Assembly (NCBI RefSeq): GCF_964188315.1
Contig: NC_135665.1
Location: forward strand, 49,352,001-49,416,000
Length of the DNA stretch: 64,000 nucleotides
Direction of reading: 5' to 3'
Source of the DNA: Podarcis muralis
Taxonomy: Eukaryota
The position numbers and the translations under genes are program-made. Shown in pieces: positions 49,237 to 60,205 of the stretch. The notes beneath the pieces are model-generated. The model worked only from the letters and a program-made list of their open reading frames with translations, ran no database searches and had not been told where the DNA came from. How positions within the stretch are numbered: position 1 is the first letter of the stretch; each line of letters begins with the position of its first letter.

Positions 49237-49402
49237 ATATGATCTGTTGAAACCTGGTTGAGGCTGTGCACAAGCTGCGAAACCAAATTTTCATCTCTAC
49301 AGGCCAAAAGGCAGTTCACCTCTTCTGCAATTCGTCCATTAAAGAGCAAGCTTTTTGTAGTTGTAGCAGGTAAAGGTGATGGAAGAGGAAGCTGGTTCAA
49401 AA
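49237..49402 (-). CDS. NIPBL: NIPBL exon 3 (166 nt), (L)LNQLPLPSPLPATTTKSLLFNGRIAEEVNCLLACRDENLVSQLVHSLNQVSTDH(I)
   Basis: ORF 49179..49400; donor AT|GTACGT. Confidence 0.98.
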
Positions 49403-50301
49403 CTATTTTGAAAAGGGTGTAAAAATTTTTGCATTATTCCACCAATACATAAATGTTTTAGAAAGCATTTCTCCCCACCTTCCATTGCTAATTTGAGCAT
49501 TGTGCAGATTGTGATTGGGAATGTGCTCAGTTACAGTGCCTACTACATCATTAGTGACAATCAGTATTTTGCCAGTGCCAAAACCCATGCCATAGCTGGA
49601 CTAGATGCATTAATTTCAAAACTAGTTTCACTATTAAGCATCATGCATACCAGTCAAACTATCAGTTCCACCTGCACCAGTGCCCTGTTGCATAGACCTT
49701 CAAAAATGAATTTGGGGGATGTTTAGGCACTCTCCTTACTTCAGTACATATATCCCTGGAATATATTTTGTTTTATATGTCCTGTCAATTTCACTTCACA
49801 AAAGCTAAATCAACAATGCTCTAAACAAGGCATTTCCTAATCCCTACTATCTTCCCACATGAAGAGTTTAGGAGTGTGCAGGTGATCACCCACCCACAAA
49901 GGGAGCCTAGTAAGGTGCTGCAGCTTTCATTTCAAACCAGAACAAAGGAACCTTTAATGCCATCCTTCTACCCAAGAGGAAGGTAGGCAGTATAGAGATT
50001 ATAGTGTAGAAGCTGCATTTCACTATGCAGGTTTCAATCTCAAAGTTTTTATTAAATTATGAATAAAGCATTCTTTAGTAGGAACCAGATTCCACAAAGG
50101 CCCTATGGTCATCTGCCCAATATCCCTCCAACTTTTAGCCACTGACACATAAAGAGAAACCCATAAAATGCCAAAGGGCCGAGAGAGTTTAACGAAAACT
50201 AAACCCAACTAAACCCAACTAAACTAAATGTGCAGTTCAAAATTTTGCTCCCCAAATGGGTTAATTAATGAATTGCAACAAAACTCAAGAGAGATACTTA
50301 C

Positions 50302-50365
50302 GGTCTGTGAGACTAGCAATCCCTGCAAGAGTAGTGATGGGAACATGAGGCATATCCCCATTCAT
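50302..50365 (-). CDS. NIPBL: NIPBL exon 2 coding part (64 nt), MNGDMPHVPITTLAGIASLTD(L); start of the MAU2-binding N-terminus
   Basis: ATG at 50365 in context CAGGATGA; donor CC|GTAAGT. Confidence 0.98.
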
Positions 50366-50445
50366 CCTGAAATGTTGGGATGGTAGTGCCTACACACAGA
50401 TCTTAGTTCGGAGGCCAGCTATCATTACTTCCCATCTCCCAAGCA
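50366..50445 (-). other. NIPBL: NIPBL exon 2 5'UTR part (80 nt) with two uORFs
   Basis: Acceptor TTTCTTTCTCATTCCAG at 50447-50446; uATGs at 50435 and 50425. Confidence 0.85.
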
Positions 50446-52435
50446 CTGGAATGAGAAAGAAATACTTGTTTTGCAAAGAACCACTAAGAAGTTCCCAAGT
50501 ATGAAAAAAACTAATTTTACTCAGCTTTATTATTCTTACAGCAACTATAGTAAAAAGAAGTAAAGAATCTATTGATTTCATCAACACAAGGAAAACAACT
50601 GCCATGATTTTCTAGATAGACATTACATGTAAGCAGTTTGTAAAGTCACCAATCAACCCCCCCCCCAAAAAAAAAAACCCCAACAACATGTGGCCAATTA
50701 AAATCTGTGTAGGTTATTCAGTTTTGTGCATTTACCTGCACAGTTGGGAAATTAGAAAAATCTAATCACATGCCTCTAGTGATCCTCTAGATTAAATAAT
50801 TAACATGTGAAAGCAGTTACTTCTTGATGAACCATTACTATAAATCAGCAAGGTAAAAAAGTTTCCTTTCACACATTTGTTTTCTTTAATGTGCAGATAA
50901 AGTGAGTTAATTGCACATCTGAAGTGTAAATGTGACTCTTAAAAAAGTACTGGAAATCACTTGGGTCAGGGAGTAATGAGTGGCTCCCTGATGTAGATAC
51001 ACTTGGTCACAGACCTGGGTTTATCTATACATAGTGTGAAATAAGCCTTTAATGTCAAGCAAGTTTTAATTCTACATTCTGACCATTTAACAAAACACAA
51101 TACTATGAAGTTTCTTAGCCATACAGAGCACATGACAAATCGAAATAAGTGAAAGACTGGAAATAAGAGCATTTGCTTTTACATCTATAGTTAATGCCTA
51201 GCTAGTTTCACTAATCTCCACGCATCTGCAGAATGTCTTATAGAATATCAAAAGGCAATTTTTGCACAATCATCGCTGTGGAACTTACAGGGAGATAGTG
51301 ATCTACTGCTATTTAGAAGTTAATAAACAATAAAGCACAAAAATACATACACCATACATCACACAGGCCAGTTACTGAGTAGCAAAGGGAAGACAGATCA
51401 GATTGGGGAACTGTATATGCTGCATTTATCTATAATTTTTAACAGCTGAAGATCTTAGCTAGATCAGGACGATGGTGTTATAACAGAAACTGTTTAGATT
51501 AACTTTCTGCAGACAACTTACAGAACAAATATAGCGTAATTTCAGGATGGGGGCTAATTAGAGAATGTTCATCTAGACAAGTCACGTTCAGTTTCATACA
51601 GTTCAGATGACTACCACATTTCAACACCCATTCGAAATGAAAATTGTTTTTTAAAAAAATGAAAAGGATTATGCTATGATGAAATGCAATTAAGAACAAA
51701 AGTATCCTCTGGTTATATTTCAGCCTACTAAAACTCTTGTTCTTTTAACACCGTAATTTTCAAATTTTTAGATGCAGGACCAACCTTTAACCCAAACATG
51801 CATTTGGTGGTCCAGTTCTTTATCCCCCCCCCCAAATATATTTATAAAGTGGTAGTGCTGCTCTTGTGACCCACCTTAGATCATGCCATGACCCAGGAGT
51901 GGGTCCCAGCCCACCAGTTTAAGAACAAAGTTTTGATAGGACAAAGTAGGGTGCCTTAGATTTCTCAAATCCTTCTACCCCCTCCCCCTAAGGTCAGTGT
52001 TTGCTGTCTCCAATGATGATGCCAGACCAATCATTACTGTAATTTTACACAGTAATCAACCAACATAAAGGTATTTTGTTGTAAAAGATTAAAATGTACT
52101 GAAAAATGTACTAATTATATTCCAGTTATATTCCATCTCAATGCTGGGTTTCACCTTACTATTCAAGACTTACTTGGCATGGACCATATTCATCTCATTG
52201 CTACATAAATTCCTAATTCAGAATACTAATTACAACTGGCAGCTTTAAGGGCTGTTACCAAAAAATGAACAAGGCAATTACAAATCCAAACAAAAGTATA
52301 ACATACATAAGAATCAGTTATATGATGAAAAATGACAGCTTATTTTGCTCTGATTTTTGTCCAGTTGCTGGTAGGCTTTGAATTTACATTATAACAAATA
52401 TAACTGTGCTAGAGACATCTGAGGGTTAAGAAAAA

Positions 52436-52572
52436 GGCTGTAGTTCAGTAGCAGAGCAAAGGTTTGGCACGCAGAAGGTTCCTAATTCAATCTCCAGTTA
52501 CATGATTAAGTTGCATGTAATGGGAAAGACCTCTGCTGGAGAACCTTGCCAGTCATCAGAGCAGACAGTATT
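52436..52572 (+). mobile_element. Degraded tRNA-derived squamate SINE
   Basis: A-box-like GGCTGTAGTTCAGTAGCAGAGC; GCAGAAGGTTCCTAATTCAATC; GGGAAAGACCTCTGC...GCCAGTC. Confidence 0.6.
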
Positions 52573-52875
52573 AAAGCAGATTTCCATATGCCCTTCATTA
52601 TCATAGTATACCTTCTGCAGCTAGAACTGTGTATCTTTAAGAAGAAGAAATAAATTTGAAGATTGAGGAAAATATTTTTAAAGATGTAAGAAAATAAGCA
52701 GCTTTATTGATACAGCTGATTCTCTATGGTTATTTTGATCTATTTTGATCCGTATAAGACAGAAATTAAGTCATCTTCTTTTCATAAAACAAGTTATAGG
52801 AAAAGGGCTTCCATTTAATTATATCATTCAAAAGTAATCCTTACACATGCACGTGTCTAAGTATAAATATAGATT

Positions 52876-52894
52876 TGTCCACAAGAGGGCGCAT
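52876..52894 (+). promoter_or_regulatory. CTCF-like motif
   Basis: TGTCCACAAGAGGGCGCAT; good match with CpG retained in AT-rich context; motif only. Confidence 0.55.
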
Positions 52895-53734
52895 ACTATA
52901 CTATAGTCTCAGATCAAAGTTACTGTACAGCAATTCTTGTAATACTTGTGTGAAATTCTGAATGCAACAGGTGAAATAAGACAAAACTGTTAGCAAACAT
53001 GGCATGAGAGGCAGCACTAGCAGTCATCTTAAAGAGGTATAAGCAACTGCTCTCAGTACAAAAACTCAAAAGTGAATAGATCAAAATATTTAAAATCAGT
53101 GAATATCATAAAAGTACATCAAATAATATTTGGTATAAATCAAGTATGTCCCCCCGCCCCGCCCCCCCACCATATAATACAAGTTCCTGAACAAACACAC
53201 ATTCCAATTGTTTGCTATAACAGTTGATGCATATTGATTTGCAATTGAATATAACTTTTATACTAGTTAAGAGCATTGTCCAAAACTTTGGCATTATGCA
53301 ATCCAGATCCCTGTTCTGTATTTCAAATATTATTTTCTGAGAGATCAGGGATAGAATTGTAAAATAAATTGTTTGCTTTTGCTTTCCCTCTACCCAAATG
53401 AGGGTCCTAAGCAAAATCCCTTACTTTGATACGGAATGCCCAGAACTTTATAGAAGTTCTGCAGCAACAGAGCAGAACAGTGTTTTTCCATCAGGTAAAA
53501 ACAAGATGTCTATGCTATTCATACATAATTTTCCTCAGTAATAAATATGCAACTATTGTGTCATCTATAAATCTAGCACTGGTTTACATCCAGAATCGTC
53601 CATGGAGGCACAAGTTACTTCCATTGTGAGAAGTGCCTTTTTACCACCTCCGGTTAGTACTCCATCTGTAACTGTTTCTGTTTCTTAGCTACAGTGGTTC
53701 TTCCATTGGTTACTTTATGACTAGATTATTCCAA

Positions 53735-53935
53735 GGTGTTTTATGTGGGGCAGTCTTTTGATTTGGTTCAAAAAGTTGTAAGTGGTGGAGAACACTGTGG
53801 CAAGGCAGGTGTCTAGTCACAAACATAACACCAGTACTACAGAAACTGCACTGGCTACCAGTTAGCTACAAATCCAGGTTCAAGGTGCCTGAGGTGACTT
53901 ACAAAGCCCTATGGAACTTAGGGCCTAGGCAGTAT
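53735..53935 (+). mobile_element. L2 LINE fragment
   Basis: Degenerate translation YVG...HITPVLQKLHWLPVSY...FKV...TYKAL. Confidence 0.65.
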
Positions 53936-54530
53936 TTGAAATTCCCATTGTTTTAGGTGCATTTTGCAACAGGGAATTTCATTACCATGAGCAGTTTCTA
54001 AGCTCTGGGTGCAGCACAGCGCCTAAGATTTCAATTTAAAACTGCAAAGTGGAAAGGAGGAGCTTTTTCTGCCTCCCCACTTCCAGCTACTCTCTGAAGT
54101 CTGGAGAAGAGACCCTCTTAAAAATATTAGGGGGGTGGGCGGGGAAGGACTAGACCATGTGAAAAATGAACATGATATTTTAGCTGCAGTTCATCCATTT
54201 TTCATCTTTGTATTCTTTTCTAACACTGGGCTTAGGATATTTGCTAGATCACCTTTTCCACTATATACCAACCCGTTATCTGATATCGTCTCTTAACTGT
54301 GCCACAAAGATGTACAGTGGCATCATAACTAGAGGTGAGCAATATATCCATACTTTGTTCCTTACAGGTATGAACTCCAGACTGTGATAAAGTTTTCATA
54401 TTTTTTCACCCTGTATCGAGAATGCACTGCCCAGCTGGCCTTGCAGACCTGGCAGGCAGGAAGCAGCACTTTACAGCAAAGTAAAGCCTTTACTGAAAAG
54501 TAAATGGCCCTTTCCTGCCAGATCTGCAAG

Positions 54531-54860
54531 GCATAAGCCCTTGCTACCTCTAAGCAGCATAAGCCCCTGCTGCCTCTTTGCAGTAAAAGCTGCTTTTTGC
54601 ATGCACAATCCGCAAGGCACAAATCTCATGCCTCTTGGTAGAGACAGACCAGCATTAATAATAAGTTTCCCTTCTCTTGCTAGGCAGAGTAGAGACCCAG
54701 CTTCCCCGCTTTCCCCCCCCAAAAGATCCATGTGGCTTTAAGGCACACACCCATGCCTCTTGCTAGGCAGAATAGAGATGCAGCACGGGTATCAGGCTAA
54801 GCACGATTATCAGGGTCTCTACTCTGCCTAGCAAGAGGCAAGGTGTGTGCCTTAAAGCCA
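54531..54860. repeat. Modular direct plus inverted repeat array (foldback-like)
   Basis: 26-bp tandem pair at 54531-54582; 46/45-bp inverted arms at 54733-54778 and 54816-54860; perfect 25-bp third copy at 54674-54698. Confidence 0.85.
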
Positions 54861-55430
54861 TGTTTATTAGACTCTTCCTGTGGTATGGAGATTCTGATCA
54901 GCAAACAAAGTTTCCTCTTCGGATAAGATCAACGGATAAGATCAATGTGGCTTGGCTCCTGCTTCTGTTCAGGCAAGGATGCATCAATTTACTTCTACAG
55001 TAAAGGCTTTATGCATTTGGAAACTAAGGTGCAGACAATGTTGATGTCTGGGCTGCTGTCAGTTCAAATTGCTGGTTTTAGATATACTGTGGTGTATTTT
55101 AAGTATCATTTTTACTATTGTTTATTCTACAACTGATGTTTTTAAATGTTGTAAGCCGCCTTGAATTCCAACTTGGCAGGATATAAATATAGTACATAAT
55201 AAATAAAATAATATGAGAGGCATCCATGTAATTATTTTGAGTTTCTTGGAGGATAAACACTATAAGGACTTAGTAAGTAACACATAATTTGACATCTTTT
55301 TTATTAGTGTGGCTCAATATAAAGAACACATATTTTTATTTTTTTTAAAAAGCACAAAATATATAAATATATATACACTATATTATAGTAGTGAGTAGAG
55401 CTACATACATGCAGAGCTACATACACACAA

Positions 55431-56467
55431 GAATGAATTTCATTGGGGACAAATGTAAGGTTCTGCACTTAGGAAGAACCAACTGCACAAATATAAGATG
55501 GGGGACACCTGGCTTGCCAGTAAAGGGTAAAGGGACCCCTGACCATTAGGTCCAGTCGTGACCGACTCTGGGGTTGCGGTGCTCATCTCGCTTTATTGGC
55601 CGAGGGAGCCGGCGTTTGTCCGCAGACAGCTTCCGGGTTATGTGGACAGCATGACTAAGTCGCTTCTGGTGAACCAGAGCAGCGCACGGAAACGCCGTTT
55701 ACCTTCCCACCGGAGTGGTACCTATTTATCTACTTGCATTTTGAAGTGCTTTCAAACTGCTAGGTTGGCAGGAGCCAGGACCGAGCAACGGGAGCTCACC
55801 CCGTTGCAGGGATTCAAACCGCCGACCTTCTGATCGGCAAGTCCTAGGCTCTGTGGTTTAACCCACAGCGCCACCTGCATCCCTTGGCTTGCCAGTAGTA
55901 CATGCAAAAAGGATCTACGGGTCTTAGTAGACCACAAGCTTAAAATGAGTCAACAGTGTGATGCAACAGCAAAAAGCTAAGGCTATTCTAGGCTGCACCA
56001 ACAAAAATATAGTGTCATAGTCCCACTCTATTCTGTCTTGGTCAGACCATGCCTGGAGTACTGTGTCCAGTTCTGGGTGCCACTATTTAAGAAGGATATT
56101 AACAAGCTGGAATAAGTGCAAAGGAGGTCAACCAAGATTATCAAGTGTGTGGAAACCCAGCCTTATGAGGAATGGTTGAGGGAGCTGGGTATGTTTAGCC
56201 TGGAAAAGAGGAGACTGAAAGGAAATAGGGTAGCCACTTTCAAATATCTGATGGAGTGTCACATGGAAGATGGGGGCAGCATGTTTTCTCTTGTTCTGGA
56301 GGGGGCAGGATCCAAATGAATGGCTTCAAGTAACAAGAAAGGAGATTCTGGCTAATCAACAGGAAGAACTTTCTGACAGTAAGAGCTGTTCGAAGATGGA
56401 AATGACTCCCTTGGTAGGTGGTACACTGTCCTCCCTTGGAGGTTTTGAAGCAGAGGCTGGCTGGCCA
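55431..56467 (+). mobile_element. CR1 LINE 3' fragment interrupted by a Sauria SINE
   Basis: [16 protein letters not shown] and VQRRSTKIIK...LRELGMFSLEKRRLKG remnants. Confidence 0.88.
55523..55884 (-). mobile_element. Full-length Sauria SINE
   Basis: Reverse complement of the 14077 element family; 13-bp TSD TGGCTTGCCAGTA at 55510-55522 and 55885-55897. Confidence 0.93.
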
Positions 56468-57178
56468 CCTGTAACCTAGTTTTCAGGTGCCAAGTGGCAC
56501 CTAGATTATCTACCTGACTTTCTAACACTGATCTACAACAGTTCCCAATGTGTTATGGAGCCAAGTACATGGTGTTGCTATGGGTATATAAGACCCTTAA
56601 CAGAACAGTAATATATTCTCCAGAAATCTTTAATGGTTTAGTTTAACATGCTATGACTGAGTAAATTTTCATTTAATTAAACGCATCAAATTTAGATTTT
56701 TATTTTTCCGCAAAAGTTCCAGCCTTATTTCAGACATCATGATATATTGAGATATTGCAGTGTTTAGCTGGCGATATATTGTGATATTGAAAACCAGACA
56801 TCACCAAGCCCTAATCATAACTGGAATGCCGTCCCCTCAAGAATCAGGTTGATGCAAACCCTGATGTGTTTAGCTTTCTTTTAAAGATTTATTTATTTAT
56901 TTATTTATTTATTCAGGCATTTAGTTAAATTGACTGGAGATGTTTTACTGTTTCCATAGTGCTGCTATGAAAATGTGATGTATTATTGCAGCGGTTTGAT
57001 TTTCAGATTATGTATTTTATTACATATTACATATTTTTATGGTGTATCCTGCTGTGGAATTGGTTTAAACGATGAGCAGGTAAATAAATAACTAAATATA
57101 AAACTTAAACTCAGTCAGTTATTGTTTTCAATGCTTTTCTTTTACACAGAAAACTAGTTATTTGATTAGCAGTCATGA

Positions 57179-57223
<45 letters not shown>
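57179..57223. repeat. (ATT)15 microsatellite
   Basis: Read directly. Confidence 0.97.
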
Positions 57224-57228
<5 letters not shown>

Positions 57229-58900
57229 ATATAGTCCATATTCTCTTATAATTTTGAAGTTTGCAAACCTTATCTAGCCTGCATTAGATGTCACAACCAA
57301 TGTAATCTTCTTAAAATTACCCCTCTAAGATTTCTGCTCAAAACAAATTCAACAATCAGTCACATGTCTAATAAGCTGGGTTGCACTTTAAAATGTTCAA
57401 AAATTAAAAAAATAATGTTCACACAAGAACAACAGGGGATACTATATTTGATGCTAACTCTCTTTTTGCTGGGGGCATGGGTGTCTAGTTCCTTTTGCTA
57501 CAAGCATTATGCACTCCAGGAATCAGGCCCTTGCAGCCAAGAAGCCCACCCCAGGCTTCAGACAGAGCTCCGCACAGGCCTGCCAGGGATACATTGCAAC
57601 ACTTTGTTACAAGGTCTCTATTTGTTATTTTCTACCAGGCAGTTCCAGTCTGATCACACTGCTAGCTACATGATAATTTCTAGAACAATTCAATTTTATA
57701 TTGAATATATGAAATCCTCACCTGTTTCAAGTTTGCCTGTACCAGAAAATCTAACTTTTTAAACAATTTATGTCGTTAGTGGTTGTTGTTGTTTAAGCCA
57801 GTACAACACCTAGTGTAAATTGGAGAGTCCCTATCTAGGCATGCTACTCAGTGATGCAACTCCAAAAATCATTGAAAGAAACCACTATTTCAGCTAGGAC
57901 ACAACCACCATGAACAATGAAGAGTCATCTTATTTACAAAGATGTATTTGTCAAAGTGAGCTCTGGTTAAAAACAGACTAACAGAGCTACGCCCCTGTAA
58001 TTTGTTGCTAGGAATATATAAGCAGCCCCAAGTATTATCTGAAGCAGTTGAAGCCCATCTATCAGTGTTCAGTGGATAGGGAGATCCACAGACAGCTGTT
58101 ATCCTTCCAAGTTCTCAGAATCACAGCTAGCCTCTAAGGCACTCTACTGTCATAATAATGGGGAGGGGTGAGAACAGAGCATAGATTTAGTCATTTTTTA
58201 TTTTTTACTGTACTTGAAAACAAATGAAAACACCAATACTGAAAATGATACTTTTTTCAAAAAGGCAAAAAGATTTGCTAAATCTTTAAATAGTCTTCAA
58301 AGTAAATGTATTAAGCAAACTAACAAAAACAATTGCCTCACATTAAATGTGAATACATCATTCAATGCAGTTTAGACTGGTTAAAATCACGTCAGAATAA
58401 AACAGTACTATCTAATAACAATAAAACAAAGGGAGGCGCAGCACCTGATATATGGTAGAAAGGAGTATGCAGGGGAAAGGAGAGTCGTTTAATGAGAGTT
58501 GAAGTAGAAAGGGGGCCTCTGCAGAGCACTGCACACAAGGATGGAAAAATTGTAAACAGATGCTATATCATATCCCATATCAAACCACAATCTCAATAAT
58601 TGGCTTACTACAAATCTATACAGTGGCAATCAGAGTCAAAATAATTTCACACCTTTGCTCACAGAAGCATAGGCACCTTCCACATACCTCTATGGATGAA
58701 ACCATACAATTCTTATATAGAACTGCATAAGATACTTTACTCATATCTGTTAATTCCTTTGCCACTCTAACCTTTGGTCACTTTTCAGATTTGCCAGTGC
58801 TGCAAAAGCAATAACAACTTCCTTTTCACCATATAAAACATCAAATAGAGCAGCTACTATTGTGAAAACTTCACAGCAAGTTCTATTCCAATGAATGCAG

Positions 58901-58919
58901 CAATGCCCCCTGGTGGCCA
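58901..58919 (-). promoter_or_regulatory. Strong CTCF motif
   Basis: Minus strand TGGCCACCAGGGGGCATTG vs consensus TGGCCACCAGGGGGCGCTA; first 15 bases identical; motif only. Confidence 0.65.
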
Positions 58920-59247
58920 TTCAAGGATCAAAATCTAGTCTATGTATCAAAAGATGCTACTCTTCCAATCTTGGTCAAGGGATCAATTTAAAAGACAAAA
59001 AGGAATAAATACTTTTATTTGTAGATCCTGGTAAATATTCAGAACATTTCTGCATTACTTGTTTTGAGACTCCTAATTATTTTTCAAATACAACCTTATA
59101 AAAGCTCAAGTGAAAAGCTACCAGATGCCAACAACGTATTAAAAGGAGAGATCCCAGGCTACCATCTTATTTTAAGTTTCAGATAATATAATGAAAATTA
59201 CTAGAATAAAAAGAAGTGTCATGTGATTATACATTCAAAATATTGTA

Positions 59248-59526
59248 CAGTGGTGCCTCGCAAGACAAAATTAATCCGTTCCGCGAGTCTCTTCATCTTG
59301 TGGTTTTTTCGTCTTGCAAAGCACGGCTATTAGCGGCTTAGCGGCTATTAACGGCTTAGCGGCTTTAAGAAAAAGGAAACAAACTCGCAAGAACTCGCAA
59401 GACGTTTTGTCTTGGGAAGCAAGCCCATAGGGAAATTCGTCTTGCAGAACGACTCAAAAAACGGAAAACCCTTTCGTCTAGCGAGTTTTTCGTCTTGCAA
59501 GGCATTCGTCTTGCGGGGCACCACTG
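59248..59526. mobile_element. Tc1/mariner MITE family B (279 bp)
   Basis: TA|CAGTGGTGCCTCGCAAGAC ... GTCTTGCGGGGCACCACTG|TA. Confidence 0.92.
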
Positions 59527-59744
59527 TATATCCAGGTAGCACATTTGAAATACACCCGTGTAGTAGTTTCTAAACAAGATAAAGATTGTGTTATATTGAA
59601 CTGGTCCAACTGTAATATAATCTAGCTATGTACCTGATGTAAAATAAAACAATTTTACAATTTAAAAAATATGAACAGCACTCAGCACATTTAGAACACA
59701 ATGGTTTGGATCTTGCATAAATTTACGTGCCTTTCTGATGGCAA

Positions 59745-60205
59745 AGTTCCCAAGGATGGCAGGATCCCAAAGGATGTGCTTTACGGGGAGCAGGCTTCAG
59801 GCACCAGGCCCACTGGCAGACCAACTCTGCATTACAAAGATGTCTACAAAGCATGTGACATGAAGGCTGCCAACACCAACCCAACCCTATGGGAATCCCT
59901 TGCAGATGACCACAGTGCCTGGCGGCAGACAGTCAGGTCATGTATCCACACCAGTGACTAGAGGAGGAATGACTACTGGGAAGAGCACAAAAAGAAGAAA
60001 CGTCATAGTACACCTGCAACAGCAGAACTGAACGCTTTCATCTGCCCCAGCTGAAACAAAATATGTCTTTCCCATATTGGTCTCTACAGCCACAGCAGAC
60101 ACTTCAACCTTCCAACAGTTAGATTTTACACACACATCCCCCAAAAGGCACACTCCTCCACAGTCTCCCGAGACAGACGGATACTGCTAACAACAAGAAC
60201 AACTA
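59745..60205 (+). mobile_element. RTE-clade LINE 3' fragment
   Basis: DGRIPKDVLYGE...RPTGRPTLHYKDV...WESLADDHSAWRQ, a degenerate C2H2-like tail and an (AAC)-rich end. Confidence 0.8.

Larger units (their letters stand above)
1110..50445 (-). other. NIPBL: NIPBL gene, partial (exons 2-27; continues beyond both window ends)
   Basis: Spliced translation begins MNGDMPHVPITTLAGIASLTDLLNQLPLPSPLP and follows the known NIPBL sequence through to the HEAT-repeat region (...MRPFAQSFDIYLTQ). 26 exons, all GT-AG, phase-consistent. Confidence 0.99.

Noticed and set aside
1110-50445. U12-type or non-canonical introns
   Set aside because: All 25 internal introns are GT-AG with no GTATCCTT donor.
54920-54945. 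13-bp tandem duplication (and AACTAAACCC repeats near 50197, 9-bp GCAGATAAT repeats near 36823)
   Set aside because: Simple slippage products; no spacers, so not CRISPR-like.
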